Assembly (NCBI RefSeq): GCF_009914755.1
Contig: NC_060926.1
Source: the human T2T-CHM13v2.0 reference genome, Homo sapiens
Length of the DNA: 64,000 nt
Direction: 5' to 3' (one strand)
A program made the translations under genes and the position numbers. Each line of letters starts with the position of its first letter. Within the stretch, counting starts at the first letter, position 1. The notes below the pieces were generated by a model. That model was given only the letters and a program-made list of their open reading frames with translations. It did not search any database and had not been told where the DNA came from. Of the stretch, positions 1-11,870 are shown one piece after another.

Positions 1-137
1 AAAACCTGAAACTATAACAACTCTAGAAGAAAATGTAGGCAATAACTTTCAGGACATAGGCACATGCAAAGATTTCATGACAAAAACATCAAAAGCAATT
101 GCAACAAAAGCAAAAATTTTGGGACAAATGAGATCTA

Positions 138-497
<360 letters not shown>

Positions 498-982
498 CTA
501 CAGAATGGGAGAAAATTTTTGCACACTATCCATCTGACAATGGTCTAAAATCCAGAATCTTCAAGGAACTTAAACAAATTTACAAGAAGAAAACAAACAA
601 CCTTGTTAAAAAAGTGGGCAAAAGACATGAACAGACACTTGTCAAAAGAAGACATTTATGCAGCCAACAAACGTGAAAAAAAGCTCATTATCACTAATCA
701 TTAGAGAAATGCAAATCAAAACCACAGTGAGATACCATCTCATGCCAGTCAGAATGGCTATTATTAAAAAGTCAGGAAACAACAGATTCTGGCGAGGCTG
801 TGGATAAATAGGAACAGTTTTACACTGTTGGTGGGAGTGCAAATTAGTTCAACCATTGTGGAAGACAGTGTGGCGATTCCTCAAAGACCTAGACTCAGCA
901 ATACAATTTGACTCGGCAATCCCATTACTGGATATATACCCAAAGGAATACAAATCATTCTGTTATAAAGATACATGCACAC

Positions 983-1314
<332 letters not shown>

Positions 1315-2203
1315 CTATTTACAATAGCAAAGACATGGAATCAACCCAAATGCCCATCAATGATAGACTGGATAAAGAAAATGTACATATACACCATGGA
1401 ATACTATGCAGCCATAAAACACAACAAGATCATGCTCTTTGCATGCATATGGCTGGAGCTAGAAACCATTATTCTCAGCAAACTAACACAGGAACAGAAG
1501 ACCAAACACCACATGTTCTTATTTATAAGTGGGAGCTGAACAATGAGAACACATGGACACAGGGAGGGGAACAACACACACTGGGGCCTGTCAGGGAGGT
1601 TGCGGGAGGGAGAGCATTAGGATTAATAGCTAATGCTTGCTGGGCTTAATACCTAGGTGATGGGTTGATAGGTGCAGCAAAGCACCATGGTACATGTTTA
1701 CCTATGTAACAAACCTGCATGTCCTGCACACGTATTCCCAAACTTAAAATAAAATAAAATTAAGAAAGAAAGAAGCAGTCTGGCCATGTTGTGGTGTGCT
1801 GAGGCATCCCTTCCACTCCCGGTTGGCATGGACTCTCCAGTGCCCGAGGGCTGAAGCCCATTTCATTATTATTAAGATTTCCTCCTTCTGCTCTCAAAAG
1901 ATATGTAGTCAGTCTATCTTTAAATACGTTTTTATTAATGTTTCAGGTATAAAATGGGTTTCAACCAAAGAAATGGAACAAAAATATTTACAATTGCCCT
2001 TAAATCTCTGTGGCCTAAAAGAGATCTTTTGCTTGGTAAATTTTCATCTTTCTTTGTCGTGAAACTACAGCTGGCGGAGGAGAAAGTGGTAGATGGTCAG
2101 CAGCTTCAGTTCACTCAGAACATGTCATGATTTTATGTCTGTTGCTTAGTATTGCACATGTGGCCTGAAATGCAGAAGGAACCTTGGGTAGACAATCAAG
2201 AAA

Positions 2204-2233
2204 ATTATTATTATTATTATTATTATTATTATT
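2204..2233. repeat. (ATT)n microsatellite
   Basis: About 10 perfect ATT units. Confidence 0.95.
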
Positions 2234-2656
2234 TTTAAAAAGGATGCATGGATAGAACACCCCTCCTTATCAGAAAAGCCTTAAGAGATGTGTATGGGGG
2301 GGTGGCTGCATGCATATGAAATCGAGAGGGAAGGAGAAGGCCCAAGGGTGGGGCGAGTGAGCACTCACAGTTTTTCTGAGATAAAAGAGCAGTCTCTGAA
2401 ATATTTCCATCTGTCCTCGAGATGTCAGTTGACAAGAGAAACCAACAGCATACCCAGTGGACCTAGAATAAACTTTTTATCTTTGAGTCAGATTCTCAGA
2501 ACTTTGTTTTTTTATATTGTTAGTGATCTTCATGACTTCCCAAAATATCCAGCACCTCATTTTTTCACATGTAAGTATTGTAAATACCTTGTTTATTTTA
2601 ATCACAACAACAAAAAAAAAGTGAGTCCAAACTTAGTGTCAAGAGATGTGTGTGGT

Positions 2657-2790
2657 GGCTGGGTGTGGTGGCTTATACCTTTAGCCTGTAATCCCCATTA
2701 CTTTGGGAGGTCCAGGTGGGAGGATCACTTGATGCCAGGAGTTCGAGACCAGCCTTGGCAAAAAAGAGAGACCCGATCACTACAAAAAAA
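2657..2790 (+). mobile_element. Alu monomer (FLAM-like / left arm)
   Basis: ggctgggtgtggtggct...ggatcacttgatgccaggagttcgagaccagcc..., followed directly by an A tail with no right arm. Confidence 0.85.
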
Positions 2791-3203
2791 CTAAAAGGAA
2801 GGGATGTTAGAATATTTAAACAAAAATCTACTTTGCATTTTTAATATGCACCATTTTGATAAATATGATGATTCAGTTTTAGGCCTTAACAGAGAACAAA
2901 TAACGATAAAGAGAGTATTATTATCAGCAGACAAAACTGTTAGTAAACTGCTCAAAACATATAGAATTTTGGAGTCCCTCAGACTAGAACCAAAACACCC
3001 AGTATATTTAGTGGGTCTTGAGGTATCCTTGTATGGCAGCATTAAACAGTAAGCATTATTATTAATGACACTGATGGGGAGTCAAAACCTCAATTATATT
3101 ATATATATTCTGCTTAGGAAAGCAGGGACTTTAAAATGTTTTAGATATACGAATACATTTATTAAAGAAAAGCAATTTGGTGCTCAAAAACATAAATACT
3201 TGA

Positions 3204-3617
3204 TTTCACTTGCGTCCGTGTGAAGAGACCACCAAACAGGCTTTGTGTGAGCAATAAAGCTGTTTATTTCACCTGGGTGCAGGTGGGCTGAGTCTGAAAA
3301 GAGAGTCAGTGAAGGGAGATAGGGGTGGGGCCGTTTTTATAAGATTTGGGTAGGTAAAGGAAAATTACAGTCAAAGGGGGTTGTTCTCTGGCGGGCAGGA
3401 GTGGGGGTCACAAGGTACTCAGTGGGGGAGCTTTTGAGCCAGGATGAGCCAGGAGAAGGAATTTCACAAGACAATGTCATCAGTTAAGGCAGGAACAGGC
3501 CATTTTCACTTCTTTTGTGGTGGAATGTCATCAGTTAAGGCAGGAACCGGCCATCTGGATGTGTACATGCAGGTCACAGGGGATATGATGGCTCAGCTTG
3601 GGCTCAGAGGCCTGACA
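3204..3617 (-). mobile_element. 3' LTR (LTR7)
   Basis: Minus strand starts TGTCAGGCCTCTGAGCCCAAG. Duplicated type-I repeat GCCTTAACTGATGACATT. AATAAA at 3263-3268 (-). Confidence 0.96.
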
Positions 3618-3999
3618 TTCCTTTCTTCTTATATTAATAAGAAAAATAAAACGAAATAGTGGTAAAGTGTTGGGACGGCGAAAATTTTGGGGGGTGGTAT
3701 GGAGAGATAATGGGCGATGTTTCTCAGGGCTGCTTCAAGCCGGATTAGGGGCGGTGTGGGAACCTAGAGTGGGAGAGATTAAGCTGAAGGAACATTCTGT
3801 GGTAAGGGGTGATATTGTGGGACTGTTAGGAGAAACATTTGTCATTTAGAATTATTGGTGATGGCCTGGATACAGTTTTGTATGAATTGAAAAACTAAAC
3901 AGAATAAGAGAAGGAGAAAAACAGGTATTAAAAGACTAACAATTGGGAGGACCTAGGACATCTAATTAGAGAGTGCCTAAGGAGGTTCAGCATAGCCTT

Positions 4000-5999
4000 G
4001 CCAGTAAAGATTACTTATTTACTTTAAGAATTAAGAGTGGTGGTTTGGGGATAGCACCAGGAGGTATCAGCTGTGATGGCTTGGAGAAACAGTGTAAACC
4101 GGCAGTGTAAACAAGAGCAGGGCATGTATGAGTATTTGAGAACGGTGAATAGGAGTATGACTAGACAGAAGAGAGTAGGGATGACAAGTCTTTTGGGGCA
4201 CAATCTAAGTTGGTCTGGTGTCTGGAATGAGACTGGGGCCTAATAAAAAGGAGCATCTATACGGGAGTTGAAATGGGCTGTACTTTGTAGCATTTTGAGG
4301 ACAGGCCTGAATTCTGAGAAGGGGAAGTGGTAAAAGTATTGTCTATTCCTTTTTAAGTTGGTGGCTGAGCTTGGTAAGGTGTGTTTTTAAAAGACCTTTA
4401 GTCTGTTCTACTTTTCCTGAAGACTGAGGACTGTAAGGGATATAAAGGTTTCACTGAATACTAAGAGCCTGAAAAACTGCTTGGCTGATTTGACTAATAA
4501 AGGCTGGTCTGTTATCAGACTGTATAGAGGTGGGAAGGCTAAACTGAGGAATTATGTCTGACAGAAGGGAAGAAATGACTGTGGTGGCCTTCTCAGACCC
4601 TGTAGGAAAGGCCTCTACCTATCTAGTGAAAGTGTCTACTTAGACTAAGAGGTATTTTAGTTTTTGTGACTTGGGGCATGTTGAGTAAAGCTAATTTGCC
4701 AGTCCTGGGCAGGGGAAATCTTTGAGCTTGATTGATGTGTAGGGAAGGGAGGGGGCCTGAATAATCCTTGAGGAGTAGTAGAATAGCAGATGGAACACTG
4801 AGAAGTTATTTCCTTGAGGATAGATTTCTACGATGGAAAGGAAATGAGAGGTTCTAAGAGGTGGGCTAGTGGTTTGTACTATAGCATAGCCTGCCTTTGC
4901 TGGTGTGTGGCGATTAGGCCTGGTGGAACTGCCATCAATAAATCAAGCGTGATCAGGGTGAGGAACAGGAAAGAAGGAAATATGGGGAAATGGGGTGAAT
5001 GTCAGGTGAATCAGAGAGATACAGTCATGGTGTGGTATCAGGTGTGGTATCAGGAATAATGTGGGAGGCTGGATTGTAGTCCGGGCCAGGAACAATGGTA
5101 ATTGTGAGACTTAACAAAGAGTGAGTACAGCTGAAGGAGCCGGGGAGCAGAAAGTATATGCGTCAGGTATGAGGAAGAAAATAGATTTTGGAAGTTATGA
5201 GAAATGTAGAGTGAGTTGAGCATAGTTTGTGATTTTGAGGGCCTTTAAAAGTATTAGGGCGGCAGCAGCCGCTGCATGGAGACATGATGGCTAGGCTAAA
5301 ACAGTAAGGTCAAGTTGTTTGGACAGAAAGGCTACAGGGTGTGGTCCTGGCTCTTGTGTAAGAATTCTGACAGCACTAACCATGCCTAGGAAGGAAAGTT
5401 GTTGTTTTGTAAGGGATTGAGGTTTGGGACATTAATCGGACATGATCAGCAGGGAGAGCACGTGTGTTTTTATGAGAATTATGCTGAGATAGGTAATAGA
5501 TAAGGAAGATATTTGGGCTTGATTGAAGTAATGGGGGCTGTCTGTGAAGCTTTGCGGCAGTACAGCCCAGGTAATTTGCTGAGCCTGATGGGTGTCAGGG
5601 TCAGTCTAAGTGAAAGCGAAGAGAGGCTGGGATGATGGGTGCAAAGGAATAGTAAAGAAAGCATGTTTGAGATCTAGAACAGAATAATGGATTGTGGAGG
5701 GAGGTATTGAGGATAGGAGAGTATATGGGTTTGGCACCATGGAGTGGATAGGGAAAACAATTTGGTTGATAAGGGATAGATCCTGAACTAACTTGTAAGA
5801 CTTGTCTGGTTTTTAGGACAGGTAAAATGAGGGAATTGTAAGGAGAGTTTATAGGCTTTAAAAGGCCATGCTGTAGCAGGCGAGTGATAACAGGCTTTAA
5901 TCTTTTCAAAGCATGCTGTGGGATGGGATATTGGCATTGAGCGGGGTAAGGGTGATTAGGTTTTAATGAGATGGTAAGGGGTGCATGATTGGTCGCCAA
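4000..5999 (-). pseudogene. HERV-H pol remnant (RT to integrase), frameshifted and internally deleted
   Basis: ORF 5601-5999 gives the RT N-terminus (QYPIPQHALKRLKPVITRLLQHGLLKPINSPYNSLILPV). No long ORF follows. The left boundary is approximate. Confidence 0.8.
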
Positions 6000-6187
6000 G
6001 GAGGGAGTAGAGGTATCTTATACTTGTGGGTTAAGGTGGGGGGATGCAAGAGGAGGACGCAAAGGAGGCTTTGGATTGGGAAGAAGGGCAGCAGTGAGAT
6101 GTAGCTGTAATCCAGGAATAGTCAGGGAAGCAGATAATTTAGTTAAAGTGTCTCGGCCTAATAAGGGAACTGGGCAGGTGGGGATAA

Positions 6188-6406
6188 CTAAAAAGAGTGC
6201 TTAAAAGAGTATTGTCTAAGTTGGCACCAGAGTTGGGGAGTTTTAAGAGGTTTAGAAGCCTGGCTGTCAATACCCACAACAGTTATGGAGGCAAGGGAAA
6301 CAGGCCCTTGAAAATAAGTTAATGTGGAGTGGGTAGCCTCCGTATTGATTAAGAAGGGGATGGACTTACCTTCTACTGTGAGAGTTACTTGAAGCTCGGC
6401 GTCCAT
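6188..6406 (-). pseudogene. HERV-H protease remnant
   Basis: VTLTVEGKSIPFLINTEATHS: the retroviral DTGA motif is degraded to NTEA. Confidence 0.85.
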
Positions 6407-6442
6407 GATGGTCTAGGGGGCTTCTGAGGCGATCAGGCAGCA

Positions 6443-6793
6443 TCAGTCTTCAGCCGCTAAGCCAAGAAGATCTGGGAAGGAGTCAGTCAGAGAGCCTTGG
6501 GCCACAGTTCCAGAGGCTCTGGGAGTGGCTGCCAGGTGAGTTGAAGAGTCCGATTTCCAGTGGGGTCCTGCACGGATGGGACACGGCTCAGGAGGAATCC
6601 TGGGCTGCGGGCATTCCTTGGCCTGGTGGCCAGATTTCTGGCACTTGTAGCAAGCTCCTGGGGAAGGTGGTTCTGGAGGAATGCCTGGCCGCTGCGGTTC
6701 AGGCGTTTGGAAGTTCTTGTGTGCTGGAGATGTGGCTGGGGTTTGTCTCACAGTGGAGGCAAGGAATTGCAACGTTTTTCTATTATTGTACAC
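6443..6793 (-). pseudogene. HERV-H gag remnant (nucleocapsid zinc knuckles)
   Basis: Intact CCHC knuckle CYKCQKSGHQAKEC, followed by a degenerate second knuckle (CPIRAGPHWKSDS). Confidence 0.88.
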
Positions 6794-7744
6794 CTTGAAG
6801 GCAAGGTTAATTAAATCCTGTTGTGGGGTTTGAGGGCCGGAATTTAATTTTTGGAGTTTTATTTAATGTCGGGAGCAGATTGGGTAAGAAAATGTATTTT
6901 GAGAATAAGACGGCCTTTTGACATTTTAGGGTCTAGGGCTGTAAAGTGTCTCAGGGTTGCTGCCAAACAAGTCATGAACTGGGCTGGATTTTTATATTTG
7001 ATGAAAAACAGCCTAAACACTATCTGATTTGGGATAAAGAAAAAGGAGCATTAACCTTGACTATGCCTTTAGCTCCGGCCACCTTTTTAAGAGTAAATTG
7101 CTGGGCAGGTGGGGGAGGGCTAGTCACAGAACGAAACTATAAGCCAGACCAGGTGTGAGGAGGGGAGGTGATAAAAGGATTATAGGGTGGAGGAGCGGAG
7201 GCTGAGGAAGAATTGGGACCTAGCTCGGCCTGGCAAGGAGCAGCCTGGGGAGGAGGGGAGAGGTCAGATTGGTCTGTAGAAAAGGAAGATTAGAAAGACT
7301 CAGCGACGCTTGGGGTTGGGACTGAGGGGACAGATGGGAGGAAAAGAAGGAAGATTTGGGATGAGCTGAATTGGGAACAGAGACTAGAGAGGGACCAATG
7401 TATAAAAGAATGCCTGGATGTCAGGCACTTCAGACTATTTTCCTATTTTATGACAAGAATTATTTAGATCTTGTAGGATGGAAAAATTGAAAGTGCCGTT
7501 TTCCGGCTATTTGGAACTACTGTTGAGTTTGTATTGGGGTCAAGCGGCATTGCAGAAGAAAATAAGATGCTTAGATTTTAGGTCAGGTGAGAGTTGAAGA
7601 GGTTTTAAGTTCTTAAGAACACAGGCTAAGGGAGAAGAAGGAGGAATGGAAGGTGGAAGCTTGCCCATAGTGAAGGAGGGAAGCCCGGAGAAAAGAGTAG
7701 AGACACAGAGAAGGGGTGGGGGGTTCTTGCCCTCCAGAAAAGCA

Positions 7745-7955
7745 GAGAAGGGGTCGGGTTGCAGAGATACCAGGTCGGGGTGTGGAAATAAGGGATCGGG
7801 GTGCAGAGATATAAGAGGTTGGGGCACAGAAATAAGGGATTGGGGCACAGAGATACAAGAGGTTGGGGCGCAGAAATAAGGGATCAGGGCGCAGAGATAT
7901 AAGAGGTCGGGGCATGGAAATAAGGGATCGGGGTGCAGAGATATGAGGTTGGGAT
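7745..7955 (-). repeat. Imperfect ~22-bp tandem repeat array in the HERV-H leader
   Basis: Alternating units such as gcagagatataagaggtcgggg and ggaaataagggatcggggt. Confidence 0.85.
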
Positions 7956-8532
7956 ACTTGCCCCTCCCCCAGAAAAGTGGGACTTGCCACTCAGGGTGAA
8001 GGAGAAGGGGTTGGGGGTTTCTTGCCTGCTAGAAAGGTGGAGAAGGGGTAGAGACATGGAGAGAAGGGGTTGGGGTACTTGCCTTTCCTTCAGAAAAGCA
8101 GGACTTGCTGCTAAGGGTGAAGGACCAAGGCAGGCGTCCCTGCGTGGTCTGACACCTCTGAAATGTGGGTGAATAATCAAGAGAGGCGTCCCTGCAATGA
8201 TTAAACACCAAGGGAAGGCTGCCTTCCCAGTCCGTGACTGGCGCCGGAGTTTTGGGTCCACGGATAAAATGTGTCTCCTTTGTCTCTACCAGAAAATGAA
8301 AGGAATTGAAATTAAGAGAAGGGAGAGATTGAAGAGTGGAAAGGAGAAAGTGGTTGAGGGATAGTGAGAGAGGTTGGAGAAGAGAGTAAGAGGCCGCTTA
8401 CTGGATTTAAAATTGGTGAGATGTTCCTTGGGCTGGTGGGTCTGAGGACCTGAGATCGTAGGTGGATAGGTGGATCTTTTTCACAGAGCAAAGAACAGGA
8501 CAGGGGATTGATCTCCTAAAGGAGGTACCCTG

Positions 8533-8550
8533 ATCCAAGTCACGGCACCA
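8533..8550 (-). other. Primer binding site complementary to tRNA-His
   Basis: Minus strand TGGTGCCGTGACTTGGAT vs canonical TGGTGCCGTGACTCGGAT (1 mismatch), immediately inside the 5' LTR. Confidence 0.92.
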
Positions 8551-8552
8551 AA

Positions 8553-8966
8553 TTTCATGCGCGTCCGTGTGAAGAGACCACCAAACAGGCTTTGTGTGAG
8601 CAATAAAGCTGTTTATTTCACCTGGGTGCAGGCGGGCTGAGTCTGAAAAGAGAGTCAGCGAAGGGAGATAGGGGTGGGGCCGTTTTTATAAGATTTGGGT
8701 AGGTAAAGGAAAATTACAGTCAAAGGGGGTTGTTCTCTGGCGGGCAGGAGTGGGGGTCACAAGGTACTCAGTGGGGGAGCTTTTGAGCCAGGATGAGCCA
8801 GGAGAAGGAATTTCACAAGACAATGTCATCAGTTAAGGCAGGAACAGGCCATTTTCACTTCTTTTGTGGTGGAATGTCATCAGTTAAGGCAGGAACCGGC
8901 CATCTGGATGTGTACATGCAGGTCACAGGGGATATGATGGCTTAGCTTGGGCTCAGAGGACTGACA
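8553..8966 (-). promoter_or_regulatory. 5' LTR (LTR7) promoter of HERV-H
   Basis: TATAAAAA (-) at 8683-8690, GT/GC box ggggtgggg at 8671-8679, ACAAAAGA SOX-like motif (-) at 8860-8867. Ends ...GCGCATGAAA next to the PBS. Confidence 0.93.
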
Positions 8967-9117
8967 CTTGATATCTGGAAAATTCACTGAAACAGAAAGT
9001 TGCAATTTCCAATAATTTAAATAGCATAGGCAATATTGTTCAAAAAAAACCCCAAAGACAAATACATGTATTTTTCATATATCTGCATTTATCCAATAGT
9101 ATAGAATTAGCAAGAAA

Positions 9118-9170
9118 TACACACACGTGCATGCATGCACACACACACATACACACACAGGCGCACATAC
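9118..9170. repeat. Imperfect (CA)n microsatellite
   Basis: acacacacgtgcatgcatgcacacacacacatacacacacagg. Confidence 0.8.
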
Positions 9171-10704
9171 CCCTCAAACAGAGCAGCCACTAACGAGAGA
9201 AGAACATCGACACTTTCTTTTGAATTTGGTTTCAGGAGTGCTTATTACATTTCTGGCTATTAGAAGGTATTGTGCTGAAATTGATTTAATACTCAAAAAA
9301 TCCCTTTTTTTCCTAAATAGTCTTAACTGGAGGGATCATCTGTTTCTAAAGTTGTAAAAGTTGTCTTTGTTTAAATGAGAGGCTCCATCCCGTTGAAAAA
9401 CAAACACTTATTAACAGGAATTTATGCCTGAATGTACTATGACTCTTCTAAAGAAATCAAGTCTGCTTAGCTAGCATCTAGGTTTATTTCTTGTGAAAAT
9501 GGCAATATGTTGTTGTTTTTTAATCTCTAATTAAAGGTCAGTATGTTTTTTAAAATAATATTTTATGGAAATACAAAATAACAATGGCATTAATGTAATT
9601 ATACATGTTAAGGAGAAAATGAGATATCTGTATTTAAAAAAAAGGTTTTTTTTCCTTAAATGTGCAAAACAGCACAGGGCAGTTTAGGGCTCTTCATAGC
9701 TATCTTCATGTACACATTTATTTGGCTTACGAGCACTCTTCTTCCTCAGCTTTTCCCATCCCCTATCACCACCCTCTAATTTGTTACTCTTTTTAATATT
9801 TTCCAGAATATAGAATGACAAAGACTTGCTTTTAGTCTTTGAAAACACTAGTGGCAATAAAAAGATGGGAATAAACTTTCCCACTCTGGGCAATTCCACT
9901 CAGGAAATATTTTAAGACTTCATAGAAATTAAGTACTTTTTTCTTTCTTTTTTTTTTAAACCTAGTCCAAACCTACTAAAAATTCACAATTTCTGCTGCC
10001 TAATGCGTTTATTCATGGCCTCTATATATTCTCCTCTATAACCTCTTCCTTCATGTCTTCATTTTAATAATATTGCTTATGTGAACATTGCTGGATAAAT
10101 TATTCAATTTTTTCTATTATCCAGTATATCTGCATTAAAACTGATAACCCATTTCTGTAAATACATCTATAATAATTTAAGTTAGCCTTCTCTGCTTATT
10201 TGTCTGCTTGCCCGCCTGTCTCTCTTTAGCTAGCTCCTTACATTCCCTTCTCAAGCCTTTGGCTAGGATGAACTTGAAGTACTTTGTTTCTGTTTGTTAT
10301 ATAATGAAGACAAGCTGCTAAGTAGATGCAAATGCTAATTCTGTAGTTACTTTTCATTTCACATGAAATTTCATTAGTGTTGTTAAGTATGGAAAATTAA
10401 TTACTCCTTAATCACAAGTCCACAGAACTTAATCACCAACTACAAATAACTATGTTGAAGGGTAATGCTACAGATCAACCATAAATCAACAAAGCAGGAA
10501 AATTTTGCATTAAGGCCAAAATCCAGGTGAATACTCATGACCTCTAATTGCTAATAAAGAAATGAATACAATCTCTTGTGGTAGAACCAAATTTTTCAAG
10601 CATTCACTTATTCAGTAATTAAAAAAAATTGTATTTTCTTTGGGCCAGACTCAGGGGCTAAAACAAAAATAATATAATCTCTGCCCTCAAAGAGTTTACA
10701 ATCT

Positions 10705-10751
10705 CCTTGTAGTCCCTTTGAGACTCTGTCTCGGAAAAAAAAAAAAAAGAA
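10705..10751 (+). mobile_element. Minimal Alu-derived insertion (~47 bp) with a 16-bp TSD
   Basis: TSD aaagagtttacaatct at 10689-10704 and 10752-10767. The body ends tgagactctgtctc followed by poly(A). Confidence 0.85.
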
Positions 10752-10999
10752 AAAGAGTTTACAATCTACTAGGGGAATCTGAACAAGTAAAAAGACAGCA
10801 AGATTAACAGTTTGATGAATGGTCTGCAAGGTGCTTTGAGAAGGTGACAGAAGAAGCCACTAATGCAACCTTAGGGTGGTTCGTGACAGTTTAGTAGAAA
10901 TTGTGAAGTCAAGATTTACTCCTATCTTTTCTTCTTTTTCATCAACTTTCTTCAGTGGGACTTACATTGTTTTTAAATGGCCAACACAGCCATGTGCCT

Positions 11000-11207
11000 T
11001 CATTCTCCTTGGCAGCTGGTGAGAGCCTGTTGTTAGCATCTCTTCCTAACTCCCTAACTCCTGTTTTCAGGGACATTATGTTAGTTAGTAGATTCAAATT
11101 TGTAATGGGAATCATATTTACACCATGGGAAATGGAAAATGCTACAAAGCAGGACTTTAAAAACTCCTCCAGAGTTGGTGGTTAAACATTTACCAGCATA
11201 CCACCTG
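11000..11207. mobile_element. Old hAT-type (Zaphod/MER115-like) DNA transposon fragment
   Basis: End 'ggttaaacatttaccagcataccac' resembles a hAT-Tip100 terminus as I recall it. Confidence 0.45.
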
Positions 11208-11621
11208 GCCAAGGAATGTAGTATTCTTTGGTTCTACTGGAAAATTCAGTGGAAAATTCAGTTTTCCAGTATCTATAAGGCATAGTCCCTAATAAAGCAG
11301 GAATTAGAGCTACAAATAAGACATTATTGCTGTCCTTCTAGAATTTACAATAGGGAGGATAAGACAAGTCACAAATCACTGTACCTTAAGACCAAATCTA
11401 TTTAAAAAGTACAAGAGGAGAGAAGAATGGGTAGGAGGACTGTCCTAAATATACATTTCAATAGTTGGTCTATGGATTGTTGGGTCATTAGGGGCCCAGG
11501 TAAAGCCTGTGGGTCACCCATTCAAGGGTTATTTGTTGTTTTGGAAGATAGAGTTTCTCAACAGTTTTTATCAACCTCCAATCCCTCTGTAGGATTCTAC
11601 CCAATGTAAACAATAGAAAGA

Positions 11622-11870
11622 TGTAGTGTAACATAGTGTTTAAGAATGTCGACATTGGTCACTGAGTGCCTTGATCCCTATACTCCATTATTATGCAATA
11701 CTAGGAAAATTGCATGAACTCTTTGGGCTTTAGACTTCTCTTTATTAAAATTGGAATAGTAATAGTACTTAATTCATGGAAACTTTTGGATGATTAAATT
11801 AGTCGAAGATGTAAAAACATTGAGAACTTGCCTGGCTCATGGTGCACAGACAAATGTTATCTATAGTCAT
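11622..11870 (+). mobile_element. MIR
   Basis: Degenerate MIR core: 'ttctctttattaaaattggaatagtaatagtactt...gatgattaaattag...tgcctggc'. Confidence 0.7.

Larger units (their letters stand above)
3204..8966 (-). mobile_element. HERV-H provirus, complete LTR-int-LTR, common env-deleted ~5.8 kb form
   Basis: Two near-identical 414-bp LTRs, tRNA-His PBS, gag/pro/pol remnants, and a 5-bp TSD CTTGA at 3199-3203 and 8967-8971. Confidence 0.97.

Noticed and set aside
2288-2794. 168-aa plus-strand ORF
   Set aside because: No recognisable domain, and it ends inside an Alu monomer. Consistent with chance.
6188-6793. Functional HERV-H Gag or protease
   Set aside because: The catalytic Asp is lost (NTEA), the second zinc knuckle is broken, and the upstream gag is interrupted.
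7745-7955. Repeat array as CRISPR-like
   Set aside because: There are no unique spacers and no cas genes. The units are degenerate tandem copies inside the HERV-H leader in a primate genome.
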